Assembly: GCA_002245135.1 (NCBI GenBank)
Contig: NGBS01000605.1
Span: 1 to 64,000, forward strand
DNA length: 64,000 nucleotides
Direction of reading: 5' to 3'
Source: Proteromonas lacertae
Taxonomy: Eukaryota
Part shown: piece after piece, positions 25,140-37,613 of the stretch
Position numbering within the stretch: the stretch's first letter is position 1
How the letters are laid out: each line of letters starts with the position of its first letter
Notes under the pieces: model-generated
Told to the model about the DNA's origin: nothing
Database searches by the model: none
Seen by the model: the letters and a program-made list of their open reading frames with translations, nothing else
Made by a program: the position numbers and the translations under genes

Positions 25140-26636
25140 ATGCAATATACTATTGGTATAGATCTTGGAACAACATATACATGTGTTGAATGGATTTCTA
25201 ATGGTACCTATACTTCAATTGAAAAGCCATTCCCATCTGCAGTACGAATCTCAGAAGATGGTAAAGAAACATATGGAATAGCTGCAACTACTGCAACAGT
25301 GAAAAATGGATGCTATCCTTTCATAGATTCAAAAAGATTTATTGGTAAAAGATTTGGTGATTGTGATTTTGAAAATTGTGACTATCCTTTTAAAATAGTA
25401 GATGAAGATGGGTATCCTTATTATGAAAGAGTTGATAGAGATGATGAAATAGAATATTATTCACCAAAAGACATTTCTTCAAAAATCCTGAAATTCATAT
25501 ACAATACATATTCATCTTTAGTATTTGCAGATCCAAAATTTCAAATTAAAGATGTTGTTATCACTGTACCAGCCAAATTCTCAACGAATCAAAGAAAAGA
25601 AACAAGAGAAGCTGGTGAAGAAGCTGGATTTAATGTATTAAGATTAATAAATGAACCAACAGCAGCTGCTATTGCTTATATCTATAATAAAACATGTTTC
25701 AAAGAGTTAAATAATCAAACTATTTTAATATACGATTTTGGAGGTGGAACATTTGATGTATCAATAATCGAAGTGAAAGGAAAAGATATTTATGTGTTAG
25801 GAACAGGTGGAGATGATCATTTAGGAGGTCAAGATATAACCAATAATATAATGAATTATGTAAAACACCAAATAGAAGATGATGAATGTTCTGATTTAAC
25901 AATCAATGAAAAAGCTGTATTTAGACTTAGAAAAAAATGTGAAGATGCAAAAATCACAAGTTTAAGTTTAGAGAATGATGCAGAAATAGAAATAGGTGAT
26001 GATACAATAGATATATCATATTCAAAGATGGTAGAAATAAATAGATCATTATTCTTAAAAACAATAAAAGCAGTAAATGATACAATAAATGATGCAAAAT
26101 TATCAAAAAGAGATATTGATAAAGTGATATTAGTTGGTGGAAGTAGTAATATTAGATCTATTCAAGAATTATTAAGGAATGAATTTGGAAAAGATAAAAT
26201 ATTATCTCAGTTAGATAAAGAAAGAGTAGTTTCAATAGGGGCTGCATATTATGCTGATTCAATTAAGAATTACAGTTTTGATTCATATAGAATTCATGAT
26301 ATAGTCAATCATAGTTTAGGTATTGAATGTGAAACTGATGGTAGAAAGAATGTAATGAAAAAACTAATAAATAAAGGTGATACTCTACCTGCAAGTGGTT
26401 CTTTTACATTTTATAACAGAGAGGATCAAAAGAAAGCAGTTGTAAGAATATATGAAGGTGAAAATGACTGTACTTTAAATAATATAGTTTTAAAGAAGTT
26501 TGTTATTCCTTTAGAAATAAAGAAAGCTGGTGAAATAAAGATAGATGTGTTATTATCTATTGATATTGATGGTGTATTGAAAGTTACAGCCAAATGTAAT
26601 GGGAAAAGCACAGAAGTATTGATAAAAGATATTTAA
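25140..26636 (+). CDS. Divergent lidless Hsp70, array copy 7 (intronless)
   Basis: Hsp70 motifs; 498 aa. Confidence 0.93.
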   Translation: MQYTIGIDLGTTYTCVEWISNGTYTSIEKPFPSAVRISEDGKETYGIAATTATVKNGCYPFIDSKRFIGKRFGDCDFENCDYPFKIVDEDGYPYYERVDRDDEIEYYSPKDISSKILKFIYNTYSSLVFADPKFQIKDVVITVPAKFSTNQRKETREAGEEAGFNVLRLINEPTAAAIAYIYNKTCFKELNNQTILIYDFGGGTFDVSIIEVKGKDIYVLGTGGDDHLGGQDITNNIMNYVKHQIEDDECSDLTINEKAVFRLRKKCEDAKITSLSLENDAEIEIGDDTIDISYSKMVEINRSLFLKTIKAVNDTINDAKLSKRDIDKVILVGGSSNIRSIQELLRNEFGKDKILSQLDKERVVSIGAAYYADSIKNYSFDSYRIHDIVNHSLGIECETDGRKNVMKKLINKGDTLPASGSFTFYNREDQKKAVVRIYEGENDCTLNNIVLKKFVIPLEIKKAGEIKIDVLLSIDIDGVLKVTAKCNGKSTEVLIKDI

Positions 26637-26713
26637 TTTAATTTGTTTCTTTTTATTTATAAATATCTCATATAAAATCAAAAGTATTTATTAATATACA
26701 AATAAATAATTAT

Positions 26714-27953
26714 TTACATTAAAACTAAAGTAAATTTCACTTTATAATATTTCAAAGATTTCTTTACATCTTCATTAATAAATATATTTGCTTTAATAAT
26801 TGAATTAATTTCACCTATTTCTTCACCAGATGAAATATGACTTAATTTCTTTTTGCTCTTTACAGTACTATTATTACTGCTGTTATTAAAATTATTACTT
26901 TTAATTGGTGAAGATTTAGGCAACTCAGAAGTAAGCATTCTTTCAGTATGAATATTTAAATTAGCAGATGAAACATTAGAATTCCATATCGATTCAATAA
27001 CTATATTATCTTTTGCTGATTTATTACCAATTCTAACTAATAAGCACTCATTATTATTTAAATTATGAATTATATATGGATGAGTTGAATAAGATAATTC
27101 TATATAATTCTATTGATAATAACAATATAATAACAATTATATATACTTCTTCTGGAATTATTACATGTCTTAATTCTAATTTACATTCATAATCAACCCA
27201 ATATAGATTATATTCATTATTTGAATGATTGACGAATTTAAATGTCATTGGAATTAAGTCACTATCACTACATAACTATACATACAAAATAAAATAAAAA
27301 TAAAAAAATACTTCTTTTGTATTAATATTTGAATAATTGGCTAATTCAAAATACATACTTCCTAAATCTTTAATATAATCTTTTATTATTTTATCTGGAT
27401 TATAAGCTTCTGATTGTTTTATTGTTTTGAATTTCAAATTGAAAAATACATCATATGTTATTTCTGATTCATTTGCTACAAAAGCTGATGTGCTATTTTT
27501 AGCTCTTTTGTTTTCTACTATAGCTATTTGTAATTTCTCATATTCGCTCTATCGATAATAATAAGATTTATACTGGATCCATAATTGCTGGAACTGATTT
27601 TGATCCTAACAGTGGATTATTACTTCTTTTAGTTTTGTATAGAGTATCATTGAATGTTTTTACTTCATTATGTACTATACAACATTTTATAACTATATTA
27701 ATATTATATACTCTCCTGGAGAGTCTTTTGACGAGTTACTGCTAAATCCATATTATAAGGAGTATGAAACCTTGGTGATTCATATTTATATTCTGGCACT
27801 TTAAATTTCAATTCTTTTAATTCTGGCAACTTGTTGAGATCCAATTTTCTAGATTATAATCTTAAATATATCTTACATAGGATCATGATAACATCTAGCG
27901 AATGTTCCAACTTTTTGGTAATTATAAGTCAGTTCGGGTAAGAAGTTCTCCAT
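26714..27953 (-). CDS. Multi-exon protein with a VHL beta-domain-like region
   Basis: FKFVNHSNNEYNLYWVDY..K......I.P...YIELSYSTHPY fits the F.N.S....lyW.d......Ty.THP pattern. Short GT-AG introns; exon ends approximate. Confidence 0.6.
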
Positions 27954-28051
27954 AAAAATAAAAAACGAAAACCTGGTTCAAAAATTTTCACATTCCCCAA
28001 AATAGTTAAAAAACGCAATATATTCATTAATTAAACAAATAACAACATATA

Positions 28052-29576
28052 TTAACCAATAGTCACTTCAGTTCTGTATATATTACCACCATTCCCAGCT
28101 AAAATAATCAATAGGCCATTTTCATCAACACCAAACACTACTTTCACTGTTCTATCAGTGTATATAACAGGAACAAATATCTTCAAAAAATATAAGAAAT
28201 GGCAATATAGAATTGACTCTCCTTCACCTTCATATATAGCAACATAGTTACATTCTTTCTCTGAAGCAGATATAGCATAAAATCCTTTGGCAGGTAAATT
28301 TTGTCCCTTTTTCAACAGTTTTTCAAAATGATATTTGTTATTTTTCTGACATGTTTGAATTCCAAGTGAATGATTCAATATATCATGCACTTTATATACA
28401 GCTGATGAATTGTTGATTATATCATTAGCATAATATGTCGTACCAATCACTACAGCATCTAAAGGACTAACATAATCTAGTAATTCTCTCTTAGGAAAGT
28501 TTTGGTGTAGTATTTGTTTAACTTTTGGAATGAGGCTACATCCTCCAACTAATATATAATAATTAATATCAGTAATATTCACACTATTCATTACTTTAAA
28601 TAAAACATCAATTGTTCTTTGAAATTCTATTCTATTTATCTCATTAAAAGTAGATTGAGTTAATGGAATAATTATTTCTTCACCATTTATTTCTATTTCT
28701 ATTTCATGATCTGTACATGATGATAAAGCTATTTTTGCTACTTCACATTCTCTCCTCAATCTTTTGAGTATTTTTTTCTCTGCTTTACAATCTACTTTAA
28801 TATCTCTATCTTTCAATTCTTTATCTACTACCTTTTTACAATAGTTAATTAAATTATTCGTCAAATCTTCTCCTCCTAAATGATCATCTCCTCCTGTTGC
28901 TAACACATAAATATCTTTACCACATACTTTAACAATAGAAACATCAAATGTTCCACCTCCAAAGTCATATACTAATAGCACTTTATTATTCATATCATAT
29001 TCACCTCTCTTCTCATAGATATAAGCAATTGCAGCTGCTGTAGGTTCATTGATTAATCTCAATACATTTAATCCAGCTTTTCTTGCGGCTTCTCTTGTTT
29101 CTTTTCTTTGTATTATAGAGAAAGAAGCAGGAACACTTATAACTACATTTTTTATTTGATAGTCCTTCTCACTTGATACACTCAGTCGATTATCATTAGT
29201 AATCAATCTAAGCAAATGAGAAGAAACATCTGTTGGATCTATTGTACACAAGCTTTTATTCCAGGTTACTTGGTATTTAACGAACTTATGAACCTCTACA
29301 AGTTTGAATAAATAGTTTTTTAAGTCTTGCTTCAGGTATTTCTTTGAAATGTTTTGCTATAAACCGCTTAGAATCTCTAAGAGGATTATTGTCATTATAA
29401 TTACCTTTGTCATTAACTTTATCAGCAGCTATACCAAATAGTATCTTTTCACTGTCTGGATCGAAGAAAACTACAGAAGGAATAGGTTTTGTTTTATCCA
29501 TACCCACATCTGTTTTGTACCAGCCTATACTCGAAAATGTAGTTCCTAGATCTATTCCAATAGGAATATTACTCAT
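28052..29576 (-). CDS. Divergent lidless Hsp70, array copy 8; single frameshift at the T6 run 29316-29321
   Basis: N-part GIDLGTTFS...DSKRF (29286-29576) and remainder (28052-29251) read through if one base is removed from the homopolymer. Confidence 0.85.
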
Positions 29577-30011
29577 TTTTACACTTCAAATCTATTTTGA
29601 ATAAATTGACTTAAAAAGTGATATAACTACATTCATCTTTCATAATTGCTTGTGTGAATATTAAAATGTATAATGATATAACATAAGCAAATTCTTTTTA
29701 TGAATAACTTCTAATTACTAATTTACTGGATTGACATAATTCATAGCTATAAATTATCCAATTAATATAAATAAGTATAACTATTTTATTAATAATATAA
29801 ACTATAAATACTCAAATTAATTGAGAAAAATGAGTTGATTATAAAGCGACAATGCTTAATAAAATCGTATTTAATCCAAATACAGCTATTCTACAATAGA
29901 CCAGTCCATTTTTAAGTCGTGTTTTTCAAACACGATATGCTGAAAAGAAAGGATTTAAAAATCCAGTTAAAATTTTCTTTGAAATTAACTATTCAAACAT
30001 CAAAATTAGAA

Positions 30012-31570
30012 ATGGAACAAGAAGATTTTGATCCAACTCAATATGTATTATTTATAGAAATCATAATATTCAATAGACTGATCTTAGTCACAAACATTTA
30101 GAAGAATTAAGAATGTTACATCGTGAAGTATTTGGAACAGGTAACACAGAGATTGGTCGTATCGAAGCAGATTCATTAGTGATGAATGAAAACAGGTTTC
30201 TATAGAAATAAACTCATTTACTTAGAGATGATGCATTGGTGAGATTTTTAGAAGCTCGTAAATGGAAAACAGATAAAGCCTATGTAATGATCCAAAATGC
30301 AATAGAATGGAGGAAAAAGAATGGTATTTTTTTCTAAAATCATATATATGTTATAGAAATTGATAAATTATTAAGTACTCCATTTGAACCAGATGATATG
30401 AAATTCTTTAGAGAGAACTTCCCACATAATATTCACAAAGCTGATTTACAAGGTCATCCGGTATTATACTTTGATTTTGGCAGAGTTAATTTGGTGAAAT
30501 TAAAGTCAAGATTCAGTGATCATACTTTAATAATGATGCATGTCCAAATGTTGGAATATATTGTATATGAAAATATGAAATAATATAATTCAATTAGAAA
30601 AATGTATTATTGCCAGAATGGAGTAAAAAAAGTGGTTTTCCAATCAATCAAATAACAGTAATTGGTGATTTAAAAGGAGTTACAATGAAAGAATTCAGAT
30701 CAACAGGTAGTTCATCCATTATTAAAGATATAATAAATATTGATCAAGTATATATAAAATACTATATTTTCATTTTTATTTCTATTTTATCATATATATA
30801 TATATATATAGGATTATTATCCAGAATTATTACATTCTCTTTACTTAGTCAATATTCCAGGAAGTTGGTACTTCTTATGGCAATTCATCAAGCCATTCAT
30901 TGATAAAAGAACAAAATCAAAATTACATATTATGAAAACAAGTTATTTACCAGCTTTAAAACAAGTTATTTGTGAAGATAATATCCCCAGCAGTTTAGGT
31001 GGAAAATGTACATGTTATGCTTCACCAGAAATCAATACATGTTGTACATGTGAAGGTTGTACCAATTTACCTGAACTTCAAAAAATGGATGATTATATAA
31101 TGAAACAACATCATAAAGAGATTGGAGATGAAAAAGCAATTACAGGACCACCTGCTAAAGAGATTATTCAGTCTACAACAACAACAACTACTACAATACC
31201 TCTACAACAACCTCCACCACCTCCAGCTACAGTGGATAAAGGAATTGGTAATGATAGTGGATTAACTCACATCGTGTCTCAGAATGATATGCCTGTAGTT
31301 GAAACAACAAATCAATATGTTGATAATAATCAAATATTACAACAGCAGCAACAACAACAACCTCAACAAGTTTATTATGATAATGGTAATGTGTATTACC
31401 AACAAGAACAGCCACAGCAACAACAACCATATGTTACTACAACTTCCGAAACAGTGGATAGTAAGAAATTTATGCCAACATCATTAGGTGTTAAAGATAT
31501 AAATGGTAATTATGTTATTTCTCAACAACAGATGGATCCACAACAATATAATCGTACTTTCATGGATTAG
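30012..31570 (+). CDS. Sec14/CRAL-TRIO lipid-binding protein with Cys-rich and Gln/Pro-rich tail
   Basis: LVRFLEARKW....A..M......WRK, HKADLQGHPV, IGDLKG, DQDYYPE....YLVNIP.......W..IKPFIDKRTKSKL, IPSSLGGKC across introns. Confidence 0.9.
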
Positions 31571-31709
31571 ATAGTGTTAGTATAATATTATTATGATTTG
31601 TTTTTGTTTTTTGTTGATATGTTTGTTGGTGAATAGGAAAGGACATAGAATATAGCTTGATTAGGTTTGAATCAACGTTTCTATTTTAATTCATTTCTCT
31701 TCACCTAGA

Positions 31710-34296
31710 ATGAGAAATCGATTAATAAAATTCATATTTATATTTACTTTTGTATGTTATTCCTTAGAAAGTCTTGGTTGCGAATATTCTTGCAAGTATA
31801 TATATTTCTATAAATAATTATATTTTAACGAAAATAGTCAACATGGCTATTGTGAAAATGGTAAATGTAAATGTGTACCTCCTTGGGATGGTCCAGACTG
31901 CTCAATTCAAAATTGTCCAACTGGTTTTGATTGGGGTGGTAATCATACAGAAATGGTACCATGCAGTGGTCGTGGTGTATGTTCACAATCAATATGCAAA
32001 TGCTATGATGGTTTTAAAGGAGTTGCTTGTCAAATTCTTAGTTGTCCAACAACTTCTGATGGAAAAGTATGTAGTGGACATGGAAGATGTTTATCGTCTA
32101 AACAACACTCTAAATTATCATTCGAGAATTGGAATTGTGATGGAACAACACCAGCACCAAAGCCTAAGATTAATTATTATTTGGAAAGTGATGAAAATGG
32201 TGAAAGTTGGGATGCTAATAGAATATTTGGATGTGAATGTGAAGGTGGATATACAGGATATGACTGTAGTATAAAGAAATGCCCATTAGGAGCAGTAAAT
32301 GAGAAAGACAAAGATGATACAACATCTTATCTAGTAAATCCATTGAAAGAATTAGGAACAATTAATAAAGTAACAAAAAGTGGTAGTTCTTCAGTTAATT
32401 TAGATATTCCAGCTAAATGGTCATTATTTATAAAGAATTGTGAAGATTCTGATGATGATAAAAGTGGTGCAATCTGTAAAGCACATAATATAACAGTTCC
32501 ATGTAATATAACATTAATAGAGTTAAGAGATGTAATTAGAAAGGATGGAATAGTGGATGATATAGTGATATATAGTGATAATGATTGTGATAGATTAAGC
32601 TGTAAGGGAGATATAAATTATGGCATTACTTCTACTCCTCCTTCTGGATCTAATGATTATACACTCAAATTTGTGTTTGTTGTTGATAAATCGTATTTTT
32701 ATATTATTGTTTATTTTATTTGTTAATAGTGCTGGTTTAGTTCAAGTAAGTGACGAGAAACAGAAAGATATCAATGGATATTGTTTAGGAATGTCAGATT
32801 CTACACCAACACCATCAAATCCATCTGGTTCTCTATTATACACTATTGCTGCTCCAAAAAGTAAAATGTATATGGAATGTAGTGGTTTATCAAAATGTAC
32901 AAATGGAATGTGTGAAAAATGTAATGTTGAAGTAGAAGATCAGAATTCATATTTATTAAAATCTCCAAATATTCCATTTACACCAAATGTAAGAAACTGT
33001 CAAGTAAGAGATAATGATGATGTAAATGAAGATATATGTATAATTAGTTTTTTTCATTATATTTAATAGATTGTAATTATGGTGGTATAATGGATGATCG
33101 TGATGAAAATACTAAATCACATAAACATTGTGTTTGTAATAAGAACTATAAAGGTCATGCTTGTGATGTAAGAACTTGTAAAGACTTAAAAGGAACTTCA
33201 TTCTATAGTTATGCATATGAGAATAATAAAGGACATAGCAGGGAAGTGTGTAGTGGAGAAGGGAATTGTGATGGAAATGGATGTAATTGTAGAAAAGGAT
33301 TTGTTGGTCAATCATGTAATAAATGTATATATATATATTGTTTATATATTTCTTCATTATTCTCTCTCTTTTTTTATTTCTCATGATTAACTATTTTTCT
33401 TATTCTTATTCATATATATTTCAATAGTAAGTTGTGGTAATAAATTAGCTTCATGGATGGTGAGTAATCCACGTTCAGAATGTTCTGGAAGAGGTGAATG
33501 TTTAGTAACAAGTGATTATTTACCTGATTATGATGGTTGGGATAAAAATTCAATTGGTATTTGTGATTGTTATGATGATTTTACTGGTTATAATTGTGAG
33601 TTTAGGAAATGTCCTTATGGTCCTGATCCTTTGGATTATTATAATTGTAATAGGAATAATGAATTACCTGGAGCACCATATATTGAAATATATGATACAA
33701 ATAAACTCACTTCTATTACAAAGTTGCATTTCTTTTCTATTGATATTAGTCAAACTATAAATAGTATAAATGATTTAAACAATGCATTATTAAAAACACT
33801 GAAATTAGAAGGGTATATTTTATATTTTATTATTATAATAAATAGGCCAATATCATATTATAAATGTTCAGATGGAGGTAGTAGTACTCCAAAATGTAGT
33901 CAATCAATTGAATTAGGAGATGGAACTGATGGCAAATGGAAGAAATTATCATCAACAGATACAACATTTCCTATTCCAAATACTCATTTCAGAATATATT
34001 TCCATTATTACTGTGTTGATGATTTAAGAAGACAGACAATTAAACCAGATAAAGAATCATATATAAAAATCACAGCAGAGTCTGATAGTAGTACTAAAGA
34101 ATTTGGTATAAATGAGGGAAGACTACCCTGTTATGAGTGTAGTAATCAAGGAATATGTGACAAACTATCAGGTGTATGTAAATGTCTAGGTAGATATGTG
34201 AGTAGTAGTGGAGTAGATGAAAATGGTGAGATAAATGTTGGAAGGAGAGGAGATTGTAGTTATTTAACCAACTACTATCATGAAACTGAAGTTTAA
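31710..34296 (+). CDS. Secreted EGF/Cys-rich protein of the stramenopile mastigoneme (Ocm1/Mas/Sig)-like type
   Basis: Signal peptide MRNRLIKFIFIFTFVCYS. Repeated CSGRG.C, WDANRIFGCECEGGYTGYDCS..CP.G, WDKNSIGICDCYDDFTGYNCE.R.CPYGPDP, terminal ECSNQGICD..SG.C.C. No TM segment. Confidence 0.7.
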
Positions 34297-34411
34297 TATA
34301 TTGTTTTTATTATTTATTTTAATTACTTAATTATTAATGTTTTTTTTTGTTTAGTTCAAATCTATTTTGAATAATAGTCGTTTCAATTTCTGTTTTATCG
34401 TTTTGAAAAAT

Positions 34412-37400
34412 ATGTTAAGAAGAATACATTCTAAGGCAAAAATAAGAAAAAGTACAGATATACAGAAGCCACAGGATGATAGTGAAGTGTTTTGTGTAGA
34501 GGATAACTGTCGTTTTTGTAAAGGTAGGTTATATCGTGGTAAAAGTTCTAGTAAAATATCATATTATGTTCCTGGAGAGACTGAAATTGAGGAGAAAGAA
34601 GTTGAATTATCACCAAGAGCTCAAGTATGAATATCCTCTCATGTTATCATTCATAGTTATCAGCTGATAGACAAGCAAGAAGAAATTTAGTCTCATCAAT
34701 AGTAGGTGCTTTAGGAGATACAGGCTTATCAATTTTAAGAGATAGATTCGAAGAATCAAGACAGAGTGGTGGATTATTACTCGATGAATTTATCCAACTA
34801 TTATTATCACAATTACCCTCAATAGAAGAACTTCAAAAAGAAGTATGTGATGGATGTCACCCAAAAGACAGAGATGAAGTAATAGTGACATTAACAGATT
34901 TATTTGCAGATATAAAAGGCTTAGAAAATCGTCTCTCTTACTCAGAATTCACTGCCTATATCACAGATCATATCATTGCGCCTGAAACATCAACAATCAA
35001 CTTATCTGAAGCTGATTTAATACCTCCTTATAGAAAGTCATTATATTCACAAGCACAACGACATTTACACCAAGTCCAACAAATCAAATATTGTGCCAAT
35101 ATCGACTCAGTTGCTGTATTAGAAAAAGGTGTGAAATATATAAAATTATATAATACTAATACAAGTCAACAAACTGCAATATTACAAGGGAATAGGGGTA
35201 TTCCAATGAGTGTAGATTATATAAATAGTAAATATTATTTAGTTACTGCTTGTGCTAATAATACTATCGCTATATGGTATATATATATTTCATTTTTATT
35301 TATTAATTTATTATAGGGATTGTAATGCAGGAATAACTCAATATCAAATAGCAGAAAAGCCAGCAGGTACTCCACTCCGTTGGTTAACTGACGATGTACA
35401 AATGTCATTACATTACAGTGAAAAGGTACAAAAACTATACAGTGGAAGTACTGAAGGTAAATTATACATTTGGGATATCAATGATCGTGAAGAAATTGGC
35501 CAATTAAAACATCATAATAAAGCAGCACATCAAGATATGGTAATGGATATTAAATTCATTGATAGTTTGGATAATATCTTAACATGTTCAATGGATAAAA
35601 CTATAGGATTATGGGATGTTTATACTGGTCATAGAAGACAATTATATACAGGTCATACCAAGGGTGTATTGAGTGTAGATTATATGGATACTCTGCAAAT
35701 AGTAGTAAGTGCTGGATTTGATCATGATATATACTTATGGGGACCTTTTACTGGACAATTAGTGAAGAGGTATATATATAATTTTCTTATTTTTATTTAT
35801 ATTTTTATATTTTAGATTATCTGGTCATATGTTTCCACTTACTGGTGTATATTCTGTACCAAACACCTATGAATTAATCTCAGTAGATTGTAATGGAACT
35901 TACAAGATATGGGATGTTAGAACATTTGAATGTGTTCAATCATTCTATGATGAAGCTGGTAGTAGTCTCAATGGACAATTAACTGCATTCTGTTATGATC
36001 AGAAACATCATCGAATATTTGGTTCATGTAGAAGAATGCAAATATATGAACAAAAGCCACAAGATAGAACAAAGTTTACACACTTATCATCTATCGCTTC
36101 AGCATTGTATGAGCCTGTATCATTAACATTTGTTACTTCTGCTGGTAAAACAATCAAAATATGGGATGCTTTAACTGGTAAAATTAGATATATGTATCAA
36201 GATTTATTAACATCTGATATATCTTACATGTGTTTAAATCCTTCAGGTAAAAGGATATATATTGGTTGCAACAATGGTTCTATTAAAGTATACGATTATC
36301 CAGTACTGAATTACATTAAAGATATGGCTCCTCATAAAGCTGAAGTAACTGCAATCCATTATATAGAGAAGGACAATGCAATATTAACCACTAGTTGGGA
36401 TAGATTTATAACAGTTCAAGATGATAGTACAAATGACAGAGGTGTAGTGACAAGAGTATTTACATTAGATTTAGGACATATTGATGATATTACACACTGT
36501 ATATTTGATTATAAGAAGGATTTGGTAGTTACAGGTTCACCTGATTGTAGTGTAAGATTTTGGATTTATTCAACAGGTAAACCTGAAGGTAATATTCAAT
36601 TGAGATATCAGATTACTGCATTGTGTTTATTATCACCTTATCCTGTGGTTGCTATTGGTGATTCAAGTGGTCATATATCAGTATATATATTATGTTATTT
36701 ATTTATATGAATATATATAGTTTTGGGGAACAAATGATTGTATTTATACTTATCAAGAGTTATTAGAAAGTCCTCATTATAGAAATGGTTTTAATATTTC
36801 CAGAGAAACTGAAACTGCTATTGTATCAGCGATTTGTTATGATAAGAAAAGGAATTATTTAATCACTGGAGATGTGTATGGTTATTTACATGCTTGGAAT
36901 ATTCAACAAGCTATCAAATTTTGGTCAATTACAGGAAAGTATAATTTTATATCTTTTATTCTTATTTTAAAATAGAACAAGTAAAGCTCAAAAAGTAAGT
37001 GTCACGTTAGATAGATTAAAGGAATTGATGCCTGCTAATTGCTTCTGGTTAGAATGGAGATGTCAAAGTCACACTGACTTAATCAGTTCAATTCAATTAA
37101 TTGAAAAGCCAAGATCGTTGTTAATCACTTCAGATGATGGTCGTGTGTCAATATGCAATGAAAATGGTACAAGATTAGGTGTATTACTAACAGAACATGA
37201 TCCAGAAGCCAAATGGAGTTTCAATATTGATGTTGATGAGATATATCATGTAGAGGATGAGAGATTAGAACATGTGAAAAATGATTTAGTTAGGTATAAT
37301 ATATAATTATAATGTATAGATTACCTCGATTAGTTCCAAAAGTACCTGAAGTAGATAATTCCAATAGAAAGTCTTGGTGATGATGATACAATTGCAAGAC

Positions 37401-37501
37401 ATTATACAATGAGTGAGTTGAGGGAACAGATAATGAATGAAATTCCAAGATTGAAAGAAAAGAGTGTAAGAGAATATTCAAAATTTGATTTAACTGATTA
37501 G
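34412..37501 (+). CDS. WD40-repeat protein (two propellers) with degenerate N-terminal EF-hand-like region
   Basis: More than 10 WD repeats (LTCSMDKTIGLWD, GHTKGV..SAGFDHDIYLW, GH.DDI..VTGSPD.SVRFW). N-terminal LDEFIQLL...LF.DI.....LSYSEFTAY. Frameshift near 37370. Confidence 0.85.
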
Positions 37502-37613
37502 ATTAGTAATTTAATTTATTTTTACTTTTATGTAATAATTTCATGTAAATTGTTCGCTTTGTTTGGCTTGATGGTTTTTGAGTGTTTAGATATTTTATTT
37601 GTCAAATTGTCAA

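Noticed and set aside
16086..25902. Repeated antisense ORFs containing YWLYLDLLNDHLHLFLTHKYLF
   Set aside because: Shadows of the homogenised Hsp70 core tract on the opposite strand, not an independent gene family.
28052..29576. Hsp70 copy 8 as a pseudogene or programmed frameshift
   Set aside because: Single indel in a 6-base run, the same error class seen in essential genes; otherwise intact.
15355..29576. Hsp70 array as bacterial contamination or an integrated virus
   Set aside because: Base composition matches the flanks, an intron-containing gene lies inside the array, and no viral hallmark or operon-like partner genes are present.
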